Assembly: GCA_002269645.1 (NCBI GenBank)
Contig: NIVC01003416.1
Location: 1-64,000, forward strand
DNA: 64,000 nt
Origin: Macrostomum lignano
Lineage: Eukaryota
Direction: 5' to 3'
Part shown: piece after piece, positions 47,999 to 60,344 of the stretch
Numbering within the stretch: the first letter of the stretch is position 1
Layout of the letters: every line of letters starts with the position of its first letter
Notes under the pieces: generated by a model
What the model saw: only the letters and a program-made list of their open reading frames with translations
What the model was told of the DNA's origin: nothing
Databases searched by the model: none
Translations under genes and position numbers: made by a program

Positions 47999-48957
47999 GA
48001 ATTTCGAGTAATTGAACTTTTAAAACTTTGTTAATATGAAAAATATCTCATGCGGGAACGCGTTTTACAATAGTGTTATTTCTAATTTGAAAGTAAACCC
48101 ATAGAATAAACACCTTTAATGAGGCAAAACTGGAGCCAAAAATGAGTAAAAATCTCGAATACGTAAAATAGCCAGGATGCAAATCACACGAGAATTCACT
48201 TAGCAAATCACAGATCATGCCGTGTATTGAAGCTTAGCTGATATTTGCTGTTTACTTCTATACCTCATCTGTATAAATATTTTTTCACCTGATTCTGAGT
48301 ATTCCATACATGATAATCACCCAGCTATAGCAAATTCCCGATATGTACCTGCTACTATGCATGTTCAAATGTTTTGTTCAATGTAAAAAAGTACAACACG
48401 ATATTAAAAGTACAGAATCGCTGCATGCTGCAGCTGACCCAATCTCCAGTTCATTCCTGCCTAAACTGTTAAAAGTACATTTTAATTAACAACCGAAAAA
48501 AAGTATAACAAAATTCTAAGAAATTAGCGGCTGCGTTGGTCACTGAATAAATTATCAGCAGAAACCTCACAGCGGGAAGGAAGCCCTCAGACTAAAAGCA
48601 ATTAACAACGCAAAAACAAGCTGGTATACTGAGATCTGCTCCCAACTCGTGCTCAAGTACGGACGGGGGGCTTCGAACTGCATCAAAAATCAAACGGTAA
48701 AGTGCACAGGCAGAGGCATGACTGGGGACATCTTTACCATTAGGCTATTTAATATTAGGCAATAAATCAGAGCAGTGCACATGGGTATAAAATTAACACT
48801 GTGAACCATTTGGCTGAACTGTACCAACACCGGATTAAAGTAAAGCACTATGCAAGCCGCTGAACTCCATGTTCAGTATGAAAAATATAACAGTTAGTCC
48901 GCCGGCAGTTATGGCCGCCAGCTGACACATGCTCAGCTAGAGCAGAGGGGAGCTGGG

Positions 48958-49307
<350 letters not shown>

Positions 49308-49744
49308 GACCCGTAAATGGACGCCTGCATCGGCTTTAGAAAGTTTCCTGCATCATTAAAGCAATAAAATATTTTCACTACCCCCAGGGCCATTGAGATT
49401 TCCACCTGCGTTAGGGACGCAAGGTTTCCGTAAAAAGTTTCTGCTCTTGCTTTTCGTGGTACTGGTGCGCCCCCCCCCCCTCCGGACCCGCAGTTATCAG
49501 CCCAAACTGTTTGCATGCGGAGAGATGAGCAGGTAGAATTGTTGCAGAATGTTGTGATGCCAATGAATATGCACAGCATGGGTGGCGCTGAGGTGGCTGA
49601 ATTCTGAGCTGATGGCTGATACAGCTGGTTGCTAGGGGGCGATTTCGCACTGCCCTGGGAGCAGCATAAACTCTATTGCATGCAGGATTTCTGCCACCTG
49701 CTTCCTTGCTAAGCTCTCTCATCCAGAATCGCACAGCAGCCAGC

Positions 49745-50389
49745 ATGGCAACCAGCTTCATCGCTACTCCAGTCTCCCTTCAGCTCGCAGCGGCCTGCCT
49801 GGTCCAGCTGGTCCATTGTGAGAGCTCGCCGAGCTCCTGGAACCGCCTGATCAGCCGGCAGTGCCTGCTCGAGAATTTGGCTGTGCACTCGGCCACTGCT
49901 CGAAGCGACATCGAATATAACGTGGAAAGCTCCAGGATTGCCTGCGGCCTGCAGGTGGCCGAGTTCGACTCGGACACTGGCCGGTGCTCGCTCTTCCAAT
50001 ACACCGCCCTGTGCCACCTCATCGATGGGCTCGGCCCCGCGGGCAGCTCGCAGCCCCGCTGCGTCGCGTTCGCCAATGCCAGAGCGGCCGGCCTCATCAC
50101 TTTGAGCAGGCAGCTGGGCGCCAATCCGCGGTACAAGATGTGGCTGGAGAACGTGGAGCTTGTGAACCTGCCGCAGGCACTCACGTGGCTGATCAGGCTC
50201 AAGCGGGAACCGAAGGAAGCACCTTTGCTTGAAAGCTACGACTGCGGCACCAACGCATTTGGGACCGCCTTCTGGGACGGCACGCCATCTACAAGAGGCC
50301 TGCAATGCTTCAGGACTGCATTGAGTTATTGCGAATTCAAAAGGATCCGTGCAGCTTTAATCCCGGTTACTTTAATCCAGTTGCCTTAA
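49745..50389 (+). CDS. Putative intronless secreted cysteine-rich protein (214 aa); degenerate PAN/Apple-like N-terminal part and possible C-type-lectin-like C-terminal part
   Basis: GC-rich ORF in AT-richer surroundings; gcATGG start; hydrophobic leader LQLAAACLVQLVHC; ARSDIE..C..EFDSDTGRCSLF; FWDG..QC..YCEF. Domain calls come from motif resemblance only. Confidence 0.55.
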   Translation: MATSFIATPVSLQLAAACLVQLVHCESSPSSWNRLISRQCLLENLAVHSATARSDIEYNVESSRIACGLQVAEFDSDTGRCSLFQYTALCHLIDGLGPAGSSQPRCVAFANARAAGLITLSRQLGANPRYKMWLENVELVNLPQALTWLIRLKREPKEAPLLESYDCGTNAFGTAFWDGTPSTRGLQCFRTALSYCEFKRIRAALIPVTLIQLP

Positions 50390-50812
50390 TCCCAGTTGCT
50401 TTAATCCGTTTCTTTAATCTCAGTTGCTTCAATCCCTGTTGCCTTAATCCCTGTTGCTTTAATCCAGTTGCTTTAATCCCTGTTGCTTTAATCCAGTTGC
50501 CTTAATCCCTGTTGCTTTAATCCAGTTGCTTTAATCCCTGTTGCTTTAATCCCTGTTGCTTTAATCCAGTTGCTTTAATCCCTGTTGCTTTAATCCAGTT
50601 GCTTTAATCCCTGTTGCTTTAATCCAGTTGCCTTAATCCCTGTTGCTTTAATCCAGTTGCTTTAATCCCTGTTGCTTTAATCCCTGTTGCTTTAATCCAG
50701 TTGCTTTAATCCCTGTTGCTTTAATCCAGTTGCTTTAATCCCTGTTGCTTTAATCCAGTTGCCTTAATCCCTGTTGCTTTAATCCAGTTGCTTTAATCCC
50801 AGTTGCTTCAAC
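50352..50812. repeat. 15-bp minisatellite TTGCTTTAATCC(CTG/AG)
   Basis: Begins inside ORF 49745-50389. Confidence 0.95.
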
Positions 50813-51574
50813 CACAATTTCTTCAATCGATGTTGCTCTAATCCTTCTGTTGTTTAATGTTAGCTGCTCTAATCCTTCTACTAAAAAGAGTTCGTCAGTA
50901 TCTATCTAGGCATGTATGCGATCGATTTCAGAAATCCTTTCGAATATTTAATTCAAGTAGATGCAAGCCTCCTATTTAATCCCAGCTGCTGTTTCGAATT
51001 CGTAAATTTACAGTAATACGAGTACCAGCTGTAGTGCCTGTATGGAAGTTACGAGGGCGCATTTACTGACACCTGTCAAAGGCTATCCAATGTCAATGGC
51101 GAATGGTTGGTCGACCACACCGCTGCTGAAGCAAGCTGGGTCAATCCGGGTTAAAAAGAGTCAAACAAGCTCCCTATAAACAGCATCTCCAGTTGCAGTC
51201 CGGGACCTAATTGAAATTGACCCTGAAAAGGCACACAGAGCCGGACAGACGCGCAGATGAAGAGAAGCGATGGCTGCTCCGAGACACGGAAGGCAGACAT
51301 GCAGAAAGCTTCGAAAGCTGAGGCGAGAGCGGGAAAAAGCCAAAACTTGATCCGCCCCCTGCTTGCGCATTTCGAGGCAGCGAGCCCTCAGGGCAGCGAC
51401 TGTGCGTGAGAGGATCAGGGAGTCTTCTAAAGAGCAAAGATGCTTTCTCGAGACCTATGTAAGATCAGGAACTGCGTGTATTGGAGCATAGAAATGCGTG
51501 GGTAGATGTCGATAAGTGCTGAACTGTTTTGCAACTTGAAACTAAAACTATAACCGGCTACGAGAAATACTGAA

Positions 51575-52110
51575 TTGGAATGGCGCCACCCCATCAGGAA
51601 TGGCGCTACCTCATAAAGAATAGCGCTACCCTATAGGAATGGCGCTACCTCATAAAGAATGGCGCTACCCTATAGGAATGGCACTACCTCATAAAGAATG
51701 GAGCTACATCCATCAGGAATGGCGCTACCCGATCAGGAATGGCGCTACCCGATCAGGAATGGCGCTACCCGATCAGGAATGGCGCTACCCGATCAGGAAT
51801 GGCGCTACTCCATCAGGAATGGCGCTACTCCATCAGGAATGGCGCTACTCCATCAGGAATGGCGCTACTCCATCAGGAATGGCGCTACCCCATCAGGAAT
51901 GGCGCTACTCCATCAGGAATGGCGCTACCCCATCAGGAATGGCGCTACTCCATCAGGAATGGCGCTACTCCATCAGGAATGGCGCTACCCCATCAGGAAT
52001 GGCGCTACTCCATCAGGAATGGCGCTACCCGATCAGGAATGGCGCTACCCGATCAGGAATGGCGCTACCCCATCAGGTATGGCGCTACCCCATCAGGAAT
52101 GGCGCTATCC
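51575..52110. repeat. 20-bp minisatellite CAGGAATGGCGCTAC(T/C)CCAT
   Basis: Tandem periodicity. Confidence 0.96.
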
Positions 52111-52679
52111 AGTCAGAATTGAGAAAACTGAGTGAAAATGAAGCACAGATGAGGACACAGTAGCCATAATTAGTAGAAAAACAAGTAATTTACCCTCGCG
52201 CAACTGGGTGAGGAATGTAAAACCACGGAGTTTATTCATGAAATTGTGTATATTTAGACAGTAATCAGTTTTTAAACATTTTTCTCGCTCAAAAAAATCA
52301 CAGTAACAAAGAAGGCCGCAGCTTCATTGAATTATTAAGCGCCTGCTACTGCTAGTAGTGCAATGCTTCAATAAAATCAGAGAAGCGATTTGCTTATGAA
52401 TAAAACAGCTTCAGGTTGTTCAACAACGTAAACAGCTGTTTCAATTGTTATAAACGGATGCACATGCAACTGTCTGAATACACGAATTAGAATTCGTTTA
52501 ATTTAAAAAAGTAATTTAAGGTCAAATGAGTTCTTTAACGACCGATTGAGCAACTATAACCCTGCGGTGAGGACAAGTCTAAAAACTTTGAAACTCATAC
52601 ACTTTTATACAGAATTCAGCTGTTAAACTTGATTTAACCTGATAAATTGAAGGCTGATTGAAAAGCAAGCGTGCATCAG

Positions 52680-53272
52680 AGTGGGGGCTGGTTGAGAGCC
52701 AGTGTACATTGGGACTGGATGGTGGGGAGCTGGTTGAGAGCCAGTGTACATTGGGACTGGATGGTGGGGGCTGGTTGAGAGCCAGTGTACATTGGGACTG
52801 GATGGTGGGGGCTGGTTGAGAACCAGTGTACATTGGGACTGGATGGTGGGGGCTGGTTGAGAGCCAGTGTACATTGGGACTGGATGGTGGGGGCTGGTTG
52901 AGAACCAGTGTACATTGGGACTGGATGGTGGGGGCTGGTTGAGAGCCAGTGTACATTGGGACTGGATGGTGGGGGCTGGTTGAGAGCCAGTGTACATTGG
53001 GACTGGATGGTGAGGGGCTGGTTGAGAGCCAGTGTACATTGGGACTGGATGGTGAGGGCCTGGTTGAGAGTCAGTGTACATTGGGACTGGATGGTGAGGG
53101 GCTGGTTGAGAGCCAGTGTACATTGGGACTGGATGGTGAGGGGCTGGTTGAGAGCCAGTGTACATTGGGACTGGATGGTGAGGGGCTGGTTGAGAGCCAG
53201 TGTACATTGGGACTGGATGGTGAGGGGCTGGTTGAGAGCCAGTGTACAATGGGACTGGATGGTGGAAGCTGG
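52680..53272. repeat. 40-42-bp minisatellite GGGGCTGGTTGAGAGCCAGTGTACATTGGGACTGGATGGT
   Basis: About 14 units. Confidence 0.96.
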
Positions 53273-53981
53273 TCAGAAGAGTAATTACAGTTGATAGGAA
53301 AGCCAGTTTCATCAGGTTAAACTATAGATGAAAATTAAAATAGCAAATATCTAACACAGATATCTGATTGCGTGAGCAGCCAGTCGCAGGAATTTACATG
53401 GACATTTACCACAAAAATGGATCGTTAAGAGAAAAGACAAAATTAAGCCATATTAATAGTTTCTATGGTTCGCAAAAAAGTGTAAAGTAGAAGTAAACAA
53501 ATAATGAAGATATAATGTCCCACCCCTGGAATGAGGAATTATCTTAAAAAAACAATGCAAAAGTGCGACTCAAAGGTTACTAATGTAAATAGTGGCACAA
53601 ATTCAAAAAGAACTCAAACAATTTGAGAATAGAATAACCAAACTTAGCTGCAGACAGCTTACGAATAAGTGACTTTACAAAAATTAGTCTGAAAATTCTG
53701 CAGCACAAACTGCTGATTATTATTAGTAGTCACAGAAGTTAGTATACCTTAAAACAGTTTGCAAATAAATAGCTACAAATTTTTGGTAATAAAAAACGTT
53801 AATGTTACTCTAGGAGCATAAAGCCACTTATAGCAAGCCGAAAGGTAGTTAGCAAAGAAAATTGTTCGAATTAAAACGCATAAAAATGAGATTACCAAAC
53901 TGTTGACTTTCTTCTGCCTGTGGAGAGCAATCAAATACAGCGGCAAAGCAGATTAGTCAGCACAGTCCATTTCCGCCCGGA

Positions 53982-56900
53982 CTATTTCACCAGTCCGTCC
54001 GAGTTGATGCGGATCCTGATGTACCATTCTTCTGTCTGCGTCACCAGCGTCCGCATCGCCTGCAATTCAGGTGCGGTTTGGCTGCTGTCTGTTCTTGGCC
54101 TAGAAACTGAGGCTCTGGGAGGCTGGCCCAGCAACTGAGGCTCTGGGAGGCTGGTACAGGAACTGAGGCTCTGGGAGGCTGGCCCAGCAACTGAGGATCT
54201 GGGAGGCTGGCCCAGCAACTGGGGATCTTGGAGGCTGGCCCAGCAACTGAGGGTCTGGGAGGCTGGCCCAGCAACTGAGGCACTGGGAGGCTGGCCCAGC
54301 AGCTGAGGATCTGGGAGGCTGGTACAGGAACTGAGGCTCTGGGAGGCTGGTACAGGAACTGAGGCTCTGGAAGGCTGGCCCAGCAACTGGGGATCTTGGA
54401 GGCTGGCCCAGCAACTGGGGATCTTGGAGGCTGGCCCAGCAACTGAGGCTCTGGGAGGCTGGCCCAGCAACTGAGGATCTGGGAGGCTGGCCCAGCAACT
54501 GAGGATCTGGGAGGCTGGCCCAGCAACTGGGGATCTGGGAGGCTGGCCCAGCAACTGAGGATCTGGGAGGCTGGCCCAGTAACTGGGGATCTTGGAGGCT
54601 GGCCCAGCAACTGAGGGTCTGGGAGGCTGGCCCAGCAACTCAGGATCTGGGAAGGTGATGACAGAAACAGGAATTCAAGCCTCATCAATTGTCCCCCTTT
54701 CCGGAACAATGGCAACAAGTATACACAAACGGTCACAAACCTCGGTTTTGCTGTTGTACTTGACGGGTGGACAATAGGCCTGCTGTAACAGGCTATGAAT
54801 AGCAAAGACAGGCAGCGGAATGACCACGGTGGCAGCCAGGACCCAGCCGAACACAATGGCTCCGGGCGGATATTGGTAATTGCCGTAAGTTGGTGCCTCA
54901 TGACTGACCAAAGTCATAATCAACAGGCCCTGGATTTACAATGCAAAGCATTTTTTTCAAATTTTTAAAACAAATTTTCCTGATGATACTACTCATTCTT
55001 GACAAAAAATGAGTAGCACAAAATAAAGATACAGTGTTGAATACAATATTTCTACTATAAGTAGGCAAATAAGAAAAGCCATAAAAAATAGAATTCTAAA
55101 AATCTCACAGCCAGAATAGCCAGCAGCGGTATGCGCCAGTAAAAGTCCCACGCCTTTGTCATTTTAATGCCAGTCATCACTTCAACGTCTTTGCGAATCC
55201 TTTGACTACCTGTACAAAATAAACAGTAATAAATTTTAATTTAAGCTGATGAATTCAAGTTAAACAAAGCTGAAATTTAAATTACCATAAACGTAGGCAA
55301 GGCAGATGACCTCTACCAGAGCCACAAAGGACAGCAGGGTCACGTGGTACCAGTCCATCAGCTGATAGATATAGTGCGCCGCCTGCGAGCATGAAATCAT
55401 ATCGAGTGCGGTCAATAAGAATCAAACTAAAGCAATTAATTATCTTGCCAATTCAAAACTGCAGCACGCTACTTACATTAGTAGTCATAGGCAGGCCTAG
55501 CAGTAGTGATACAATTGTCATAATTAGCTTGGATAGCCATTGGCGTCGTTTCAATATGCGAAATTCGTCGGCCAGGCACTGGTACATAGTTTCGAATGTG
55601 CAGAACTGGCGACAGCGGCGGGGGAGGGCGTTGTTAAGTTCGAAACAGTTCGATGGGTCTTCGTTTATGATAGACTAGTTACCGAGAGCTAGTCATTCTT
55701 TCACAATCTTGATCTTAATCCTAATAAGTTAGCCTTTGTTCTTTATCCATAATATCCTCAAGAAAAGTCTTTGTTATTCAAATTTGTCAACTCAATCTTT
55801 ATCCAACTGATTCTTCAAGTACATGTAGTCTTTGTTTAAAATTAGCCGGTTTCCAAGCAAGTCTTTATTTTGCAAGATCCCGCTTCCCAAGCAAGTCTTT
55901 GTTCTGTGTGATCCCGCTTCCCAAGCAAGTCTTTGTTCTGTATGATCCCGCTTTCCAAGCAAGTCTTTGTTCTCACTCACCTCACTGTCAACGGCGAGCG
56001 TGAGTATTAGGATGAAGAAAATCACAGACCAGATCTGCGGAAACGGCAGGTTCAGCACAGCATCCGGATAGACAATAAAAGCCATAGTTGGCCCGGACTT
56101 GAAGATGCAGTCAATGCCAGTGTTCAGTTTCCAGGCCATGTTGCCTAAATAGGAGAATATGACGAAGCCGCCAAGGAATGCCGTCATGGAGCAGACAATG
56201 GGCGTGAGAATAGCGTCCCGATAAATATTGTTAGAGAACCGATTGTGACTGGCCAGCATGATCAGCGCGCCCCAGGTTGGCCCGAGGCTCCAGAAGATCT
56301 GCTGGGCCGCGTCAATCCAAGGCGTCAGGGTGGCCAGCCTTGGCCAGTCGGGCGTGAGATAGTACAGAATGCCCTCCCGGCTGCCCGGCAAAAGCACGCC
56401 TCGGATCAGCAGGGTGGTGAGCGCCACGTAGGGAAACAGCACGGTGAGGTACACAACCTGGCCATTGTGTTTAGTGGGGAGTAAGTTTGTTAGTGCTTAG
56501 TTCTATTAGATTGATCTGAATAAAAGCAATGGGGTTGCCGCTGATGGTTAGAGTAGTGTCCACTAAGGGTTGCGGTGTGCGCTGATTACTGATAAGATGG
56601 AAGGCGGGGTGTCCGCTGATTATTGATAAGATGGAAGGCGGGGTGTCCGCTGATTACTGATAAGATGGAAGGCGGGGTGTCCGCTGATTATTGATAAGAT
56701 GGAAGGCGGGGTGTCCATTGATTATTGATAAGATGGAAGGCGGGGTGTCCATTGATTATTGATAAGATGGAAGGCGGGGTGTCCATTGATTATTGATAAG
56801 ATGGAAGGCGGGGTGTCCATTGATTATTGATAAGATGGAAGGCGGGGTGTCCATTGATTATTGATAAGATGGAAGGCGGGGTGTCCATTGATTATTGATA

Positions 56901-59900
56901 AGATGGAAGGCGGGGTGTCCATTGATTATTGATAAGATGGAAGGCGGGGTGTCCGCTGATTACTGATAAGATGGAAGGCGGGGTGTCCATTGGTTATTGA
57001 TAAGATGGAAGGCGGGGTGTCCGCTGGTTATTGATAAGATGGAAGCCGGGGTGTCCGCTGATTATTGATTATTAACGAGGAACTACGTAAAAGCTGAGAA
57101 ACTGTAAACTGGGTAGGACAAAAAACAGACACATTATGACATTATAAAACTACACGAATTTCAAGAAAGGTGAACATTCGAGTCAAATATGGGATTGTCC
57201 ATGCTGCATGAAGGTTTTGTATTGAAGCACTGGTCGCCACAGACCCGCTGCTCAGAGAACTCACTGATATATACGGAGAGAACGAATAAAGGACTGCTGT
57301 CGCTGAGAATGGACATTGTTACCGCCGGTATCAGCCGGACTCGACTTTGCCAATTCAAACAATTCATTAACGATTCATTTTTAATGCAAGATTCGTGATG
57401 TTTTAGAACACAAACTTTACCCGTAGCAACGGAGATAAATGTAGTAATGTAGTAAATACGCTCGTATATAGTATTGCATGTTACTGCGCGTTGTCTATGG
57501 CCCAACCTACGAGGCTACACAGCAGGGGTCGGCAAACTTTTTACCTTAACTTTCAGCTGCCGGATGGTCAGCAAAGCTGACCATGGACCAACAGCCTTTA
57601 CTGCTGGTATTTTTTGGAGTCTATGGTAAAAGAAAAGTTTGCACAGTAGCCGTTCCTGCCGAGCATGGTCAGCAGCGCTGTTCATACGAAAAATGGTGAA
57701 AAAGTCCTATTTATCGTCTCAGAATCCGATGCATGCAAAATGTCTATGGTTGTAGCTGATTGAATTTTCAATAAAATGATGCACGACTCGTATTAAGGAG
57801 GTGCAGTGCTTTCTCTTTCAGAAAGGCCTGTTTGCAGATTTTAAAGTGAACTGTAGTGGCTATTGCTAGACATCGAGTGTACACACTGCATAATCTATTC
57901 AGAGAGCATTAAGTGAAATGCACTTTGAAACTGCTTTTTTCGACCCTAGATTTGTCCAAGCCAAGTATAAAATGCTCCATTCTCGGCTAGAAGGGCTTTG
58001 CACAGCGGCGCAATTAAGATTCTAGCTGTAGTCTATGGCCAGCCCAGCTGACCATGTCGGCAGGAACGGAGCTTTTGTATTTCTAGCTCCGGCGCGAAAA
58101 GGTTAAGGGCCAGATAGAAAGAGCCTAGAGCAGACTGCAGGCCAGAGGATGGGGAGAAAAAGGAGAGGGAATAGAGAAGAGAAGAGAAATAGGACAAGCA
58201 TAGGTGAGGAAATAAAGGAGAAGAGACGAGAGGAGAGGATGGATGAAATAGGAGAACGGAGGGGAGAGAAGTCGAGAAGAGAAGAGGAGAGAAGAGAGAC
58301 AAGAAGAGAGGAAAGGAAATGAGAGGAGAGAAGAGAGAAGAGAAGAGGAGACAAGAAGAGAGGAAAGGGAGAGGAGAGAAGAGAGAAGAGAAGAGAAGCA
58401 AGAAGAGAGGAGAGAAAAGAAGAGAAAAAGAGGAGAGAAGAGAAGAGAAGAGAAAAAGAGAGGAGAGAGGAGATTAGAGATCGAAGAGAGCTGAGAGAAG
58501 AGACACAAATCTTGAGCGGGCCGGAGTTTGCCTACCCCTGTATACAGCCTAGGCTTTCACCTCTGCTGTCCGTAGTCTAGCATTTAGAGCATTGCAAAAT
58601 CTATAGTTTGGGAGTAGATAGTCGAGATTAGCCATAGACAAAATTGAAACTTACCTTTCCAAATGAGTGAATGCCGCGGAACACGCACAGGTAGATAATG
58701 ATCCAAGCGGCCAACAGGGTGACAAACACTTGCCAGCGTATGCCGCCCCATTGTTCCACGCCGCTAGATATGTCCAGCATGTACTTTCTGCGGGCGAGTT
58801 TCGAAGAGTGCATACCTGCGTTGTAGTAGGTCTAGAAGGTATAGAAGATGAGATCAGAGACAATACATCACATAGAGATGAGATCAGAGACAAGAGATGA
58901 CGTAGAGATGAGATCAGAGACAATAAATCACATAGAGATGAGATCAGAGACAATACATCACATAGAGATGAGGCCAGAGACAATACATCACATAGAGATG
59001 AAACCAGAGACAATATATCACATAGAGATGAGATCAGAGACAATACAACACATAGTGATGAGATCAGAGACAATACATCACATAGAGATGAGATCAGAGA
59101 CAATACAACACATAGTGATGAGATCAGAGACAATACATCACATAGAGATGAGATAAGAGACAATACATCACATAGTGATGAGACCAGAGACAATACATCA
59201 CATAGAGATGAGATCAGAGACAATACATCACATAGTGATGAGACCAGAGACAATACATCACATAGAGATGAGACCAGAGACAATACATCACATAGAGATG
59301 AGACCAGAGACAATACATCACATAGAGATGAGACCAGAGACAATACATTACATAGAGATGAGATCAGAGACAAGAGATGACGTAGAGATGAGATCAGAGA
59401 CAATACATCACATAGAGATGAGATCAGAGGTATGTACACTACACAAATTGAAGTGCATAAAAGCAGCAATGAAAGCTGTCCCCCCAGACATTCTCACTCG
59501 TAGAAAGTCTCAGTGACAGTTTTCCGGGCCCTATCGAACAGCTGGTACTCGGAGCAGTTGGTCACATATTCAGGCCTAGGCGCGGTGCGGTTCACCTCAA
59601 AGCAGTTGGCATCTTTCCATTGATTTTTACAGCTGGACCAGAGCAGCGGTACGTAGAAGCTATTAACCAGGTAGAACAGAATCCAGCCAATCACAACGCT
59701 GTAGTAGATATTAAGAACGAAGCAGGTAATAACATTGGACCAGCCGATGCCTTTAAATACTGGGGCGATATTGCCAAACAGTCTGATAGGCGTCATGCCG
59801 CTGTACTGGGCTACCGACATCTCCAGAACGTACAGCGGCACGGCTAGCACGATGAGAAACAGAAAGTACGGAAGCAGAAATGCGCCTGCGGAATTTCGAA

Positions 59901-60344
59901 TAGGGATATACCGTGAATTCAAGAATATAGGGGATATTACGCTCACACAGGGTGTACAGCGGACCTGACTTTCTAATTTTCAGACATGTACACTTGTACA
60001 CTTTGTCTGTGCCTTGGGGCTGACCCTGAATGACTGAGCACAGAATCGAATCGTTTGCCCCAGAGCAGCTCTGCTGTTCAATAATCAGTCATGTAAACTG
60101 ATAGAATTCAAAGCTCACCGCCGCCATTCTTCATGCACAGGTAGGGAAACCGCAGCAGATTGCCCAGCCCAATGTTATAGCCAAGCACTGATAGCACGAA
60201 TTCGAATCGGCCGTTCCACGTGGACTTCTCTTCCTCTTCCTCTTCTTCTTCTTCGTCGTCTTCGCTGTCGTCGTCATCGTCGGCTCCTTCGGAGGAATTC
60301 GCTTCCGAATAGAGAATGGAAGGATTGGGACGAATTAGGGACAT
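53982..60344 (-). CDS. SLC6 sodium:neurotransmitter symporter family, amino-acid-type; exons 60119-60344, 59498-59885, 58655-58787, 55981-56457, 55477-55605, 55286-55382, 55109-55209, 54741-54929, 53982-54059 (about 605 aa)
   Basis: All nine exons join in phase at GT-AG sites. [43 protein letters not shown]...[32 protein letters not shown]. Acidic D/E-rich N-terminus. The start Met is the first in-frame ATG; an upstream exon is not excluded. Confidence 0.92.
54105..54652. repeat. 28-bp minisatellite GGGAGGCTGGCCCAGCAACTGAGGATCT (last SLC6 intron)
   Basis: Tandem periodicity. Confidence 0.95.
55850..55975. repeat. 34-bp short array ccaagcaagtctttgttctg..atcccgcttc
   Basis: About 4 units starting right after the donor at 55980. 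Confidence 0.85.
56575..57068. repeat. 34/35-bp minisatellite gtgtccattgattattgataagatggaaggcggg
   Basis: About 14 units. Confidence 0.95.
57523..58540. mobile_element. Non-autonomous hAT (Charlie-like) element containing a GA tract
   Basis: TIR CAGGGGTCGGCAAACT / AGTTTGCCTACCCCTG; subterminal gcgggccgga; imperfect flank duplication tacacag/tatacag. Confidence 0.65.
58845..59430. repeat. 30-bp minisatellite AGAGATGAGATCAGAGACAATACATCACAT
   Basis: About 19 units. Confidence 0.95.

Noticed and set aside
49709-50305. Minus-strand 198-aa ORF
   Set aside because: Likely an antisense shadow of the GC-rich plus-strand ORF.
51639-54901. Long periodic ORFs (QEWRYPIRNGA, PVPMYTGSQ, QLLGQPP)
   Set aside because: Translations of the 20-, 42- and 28-bp arrays. 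The real SLC6 exons here are 54741-54929 and 53982-54059.
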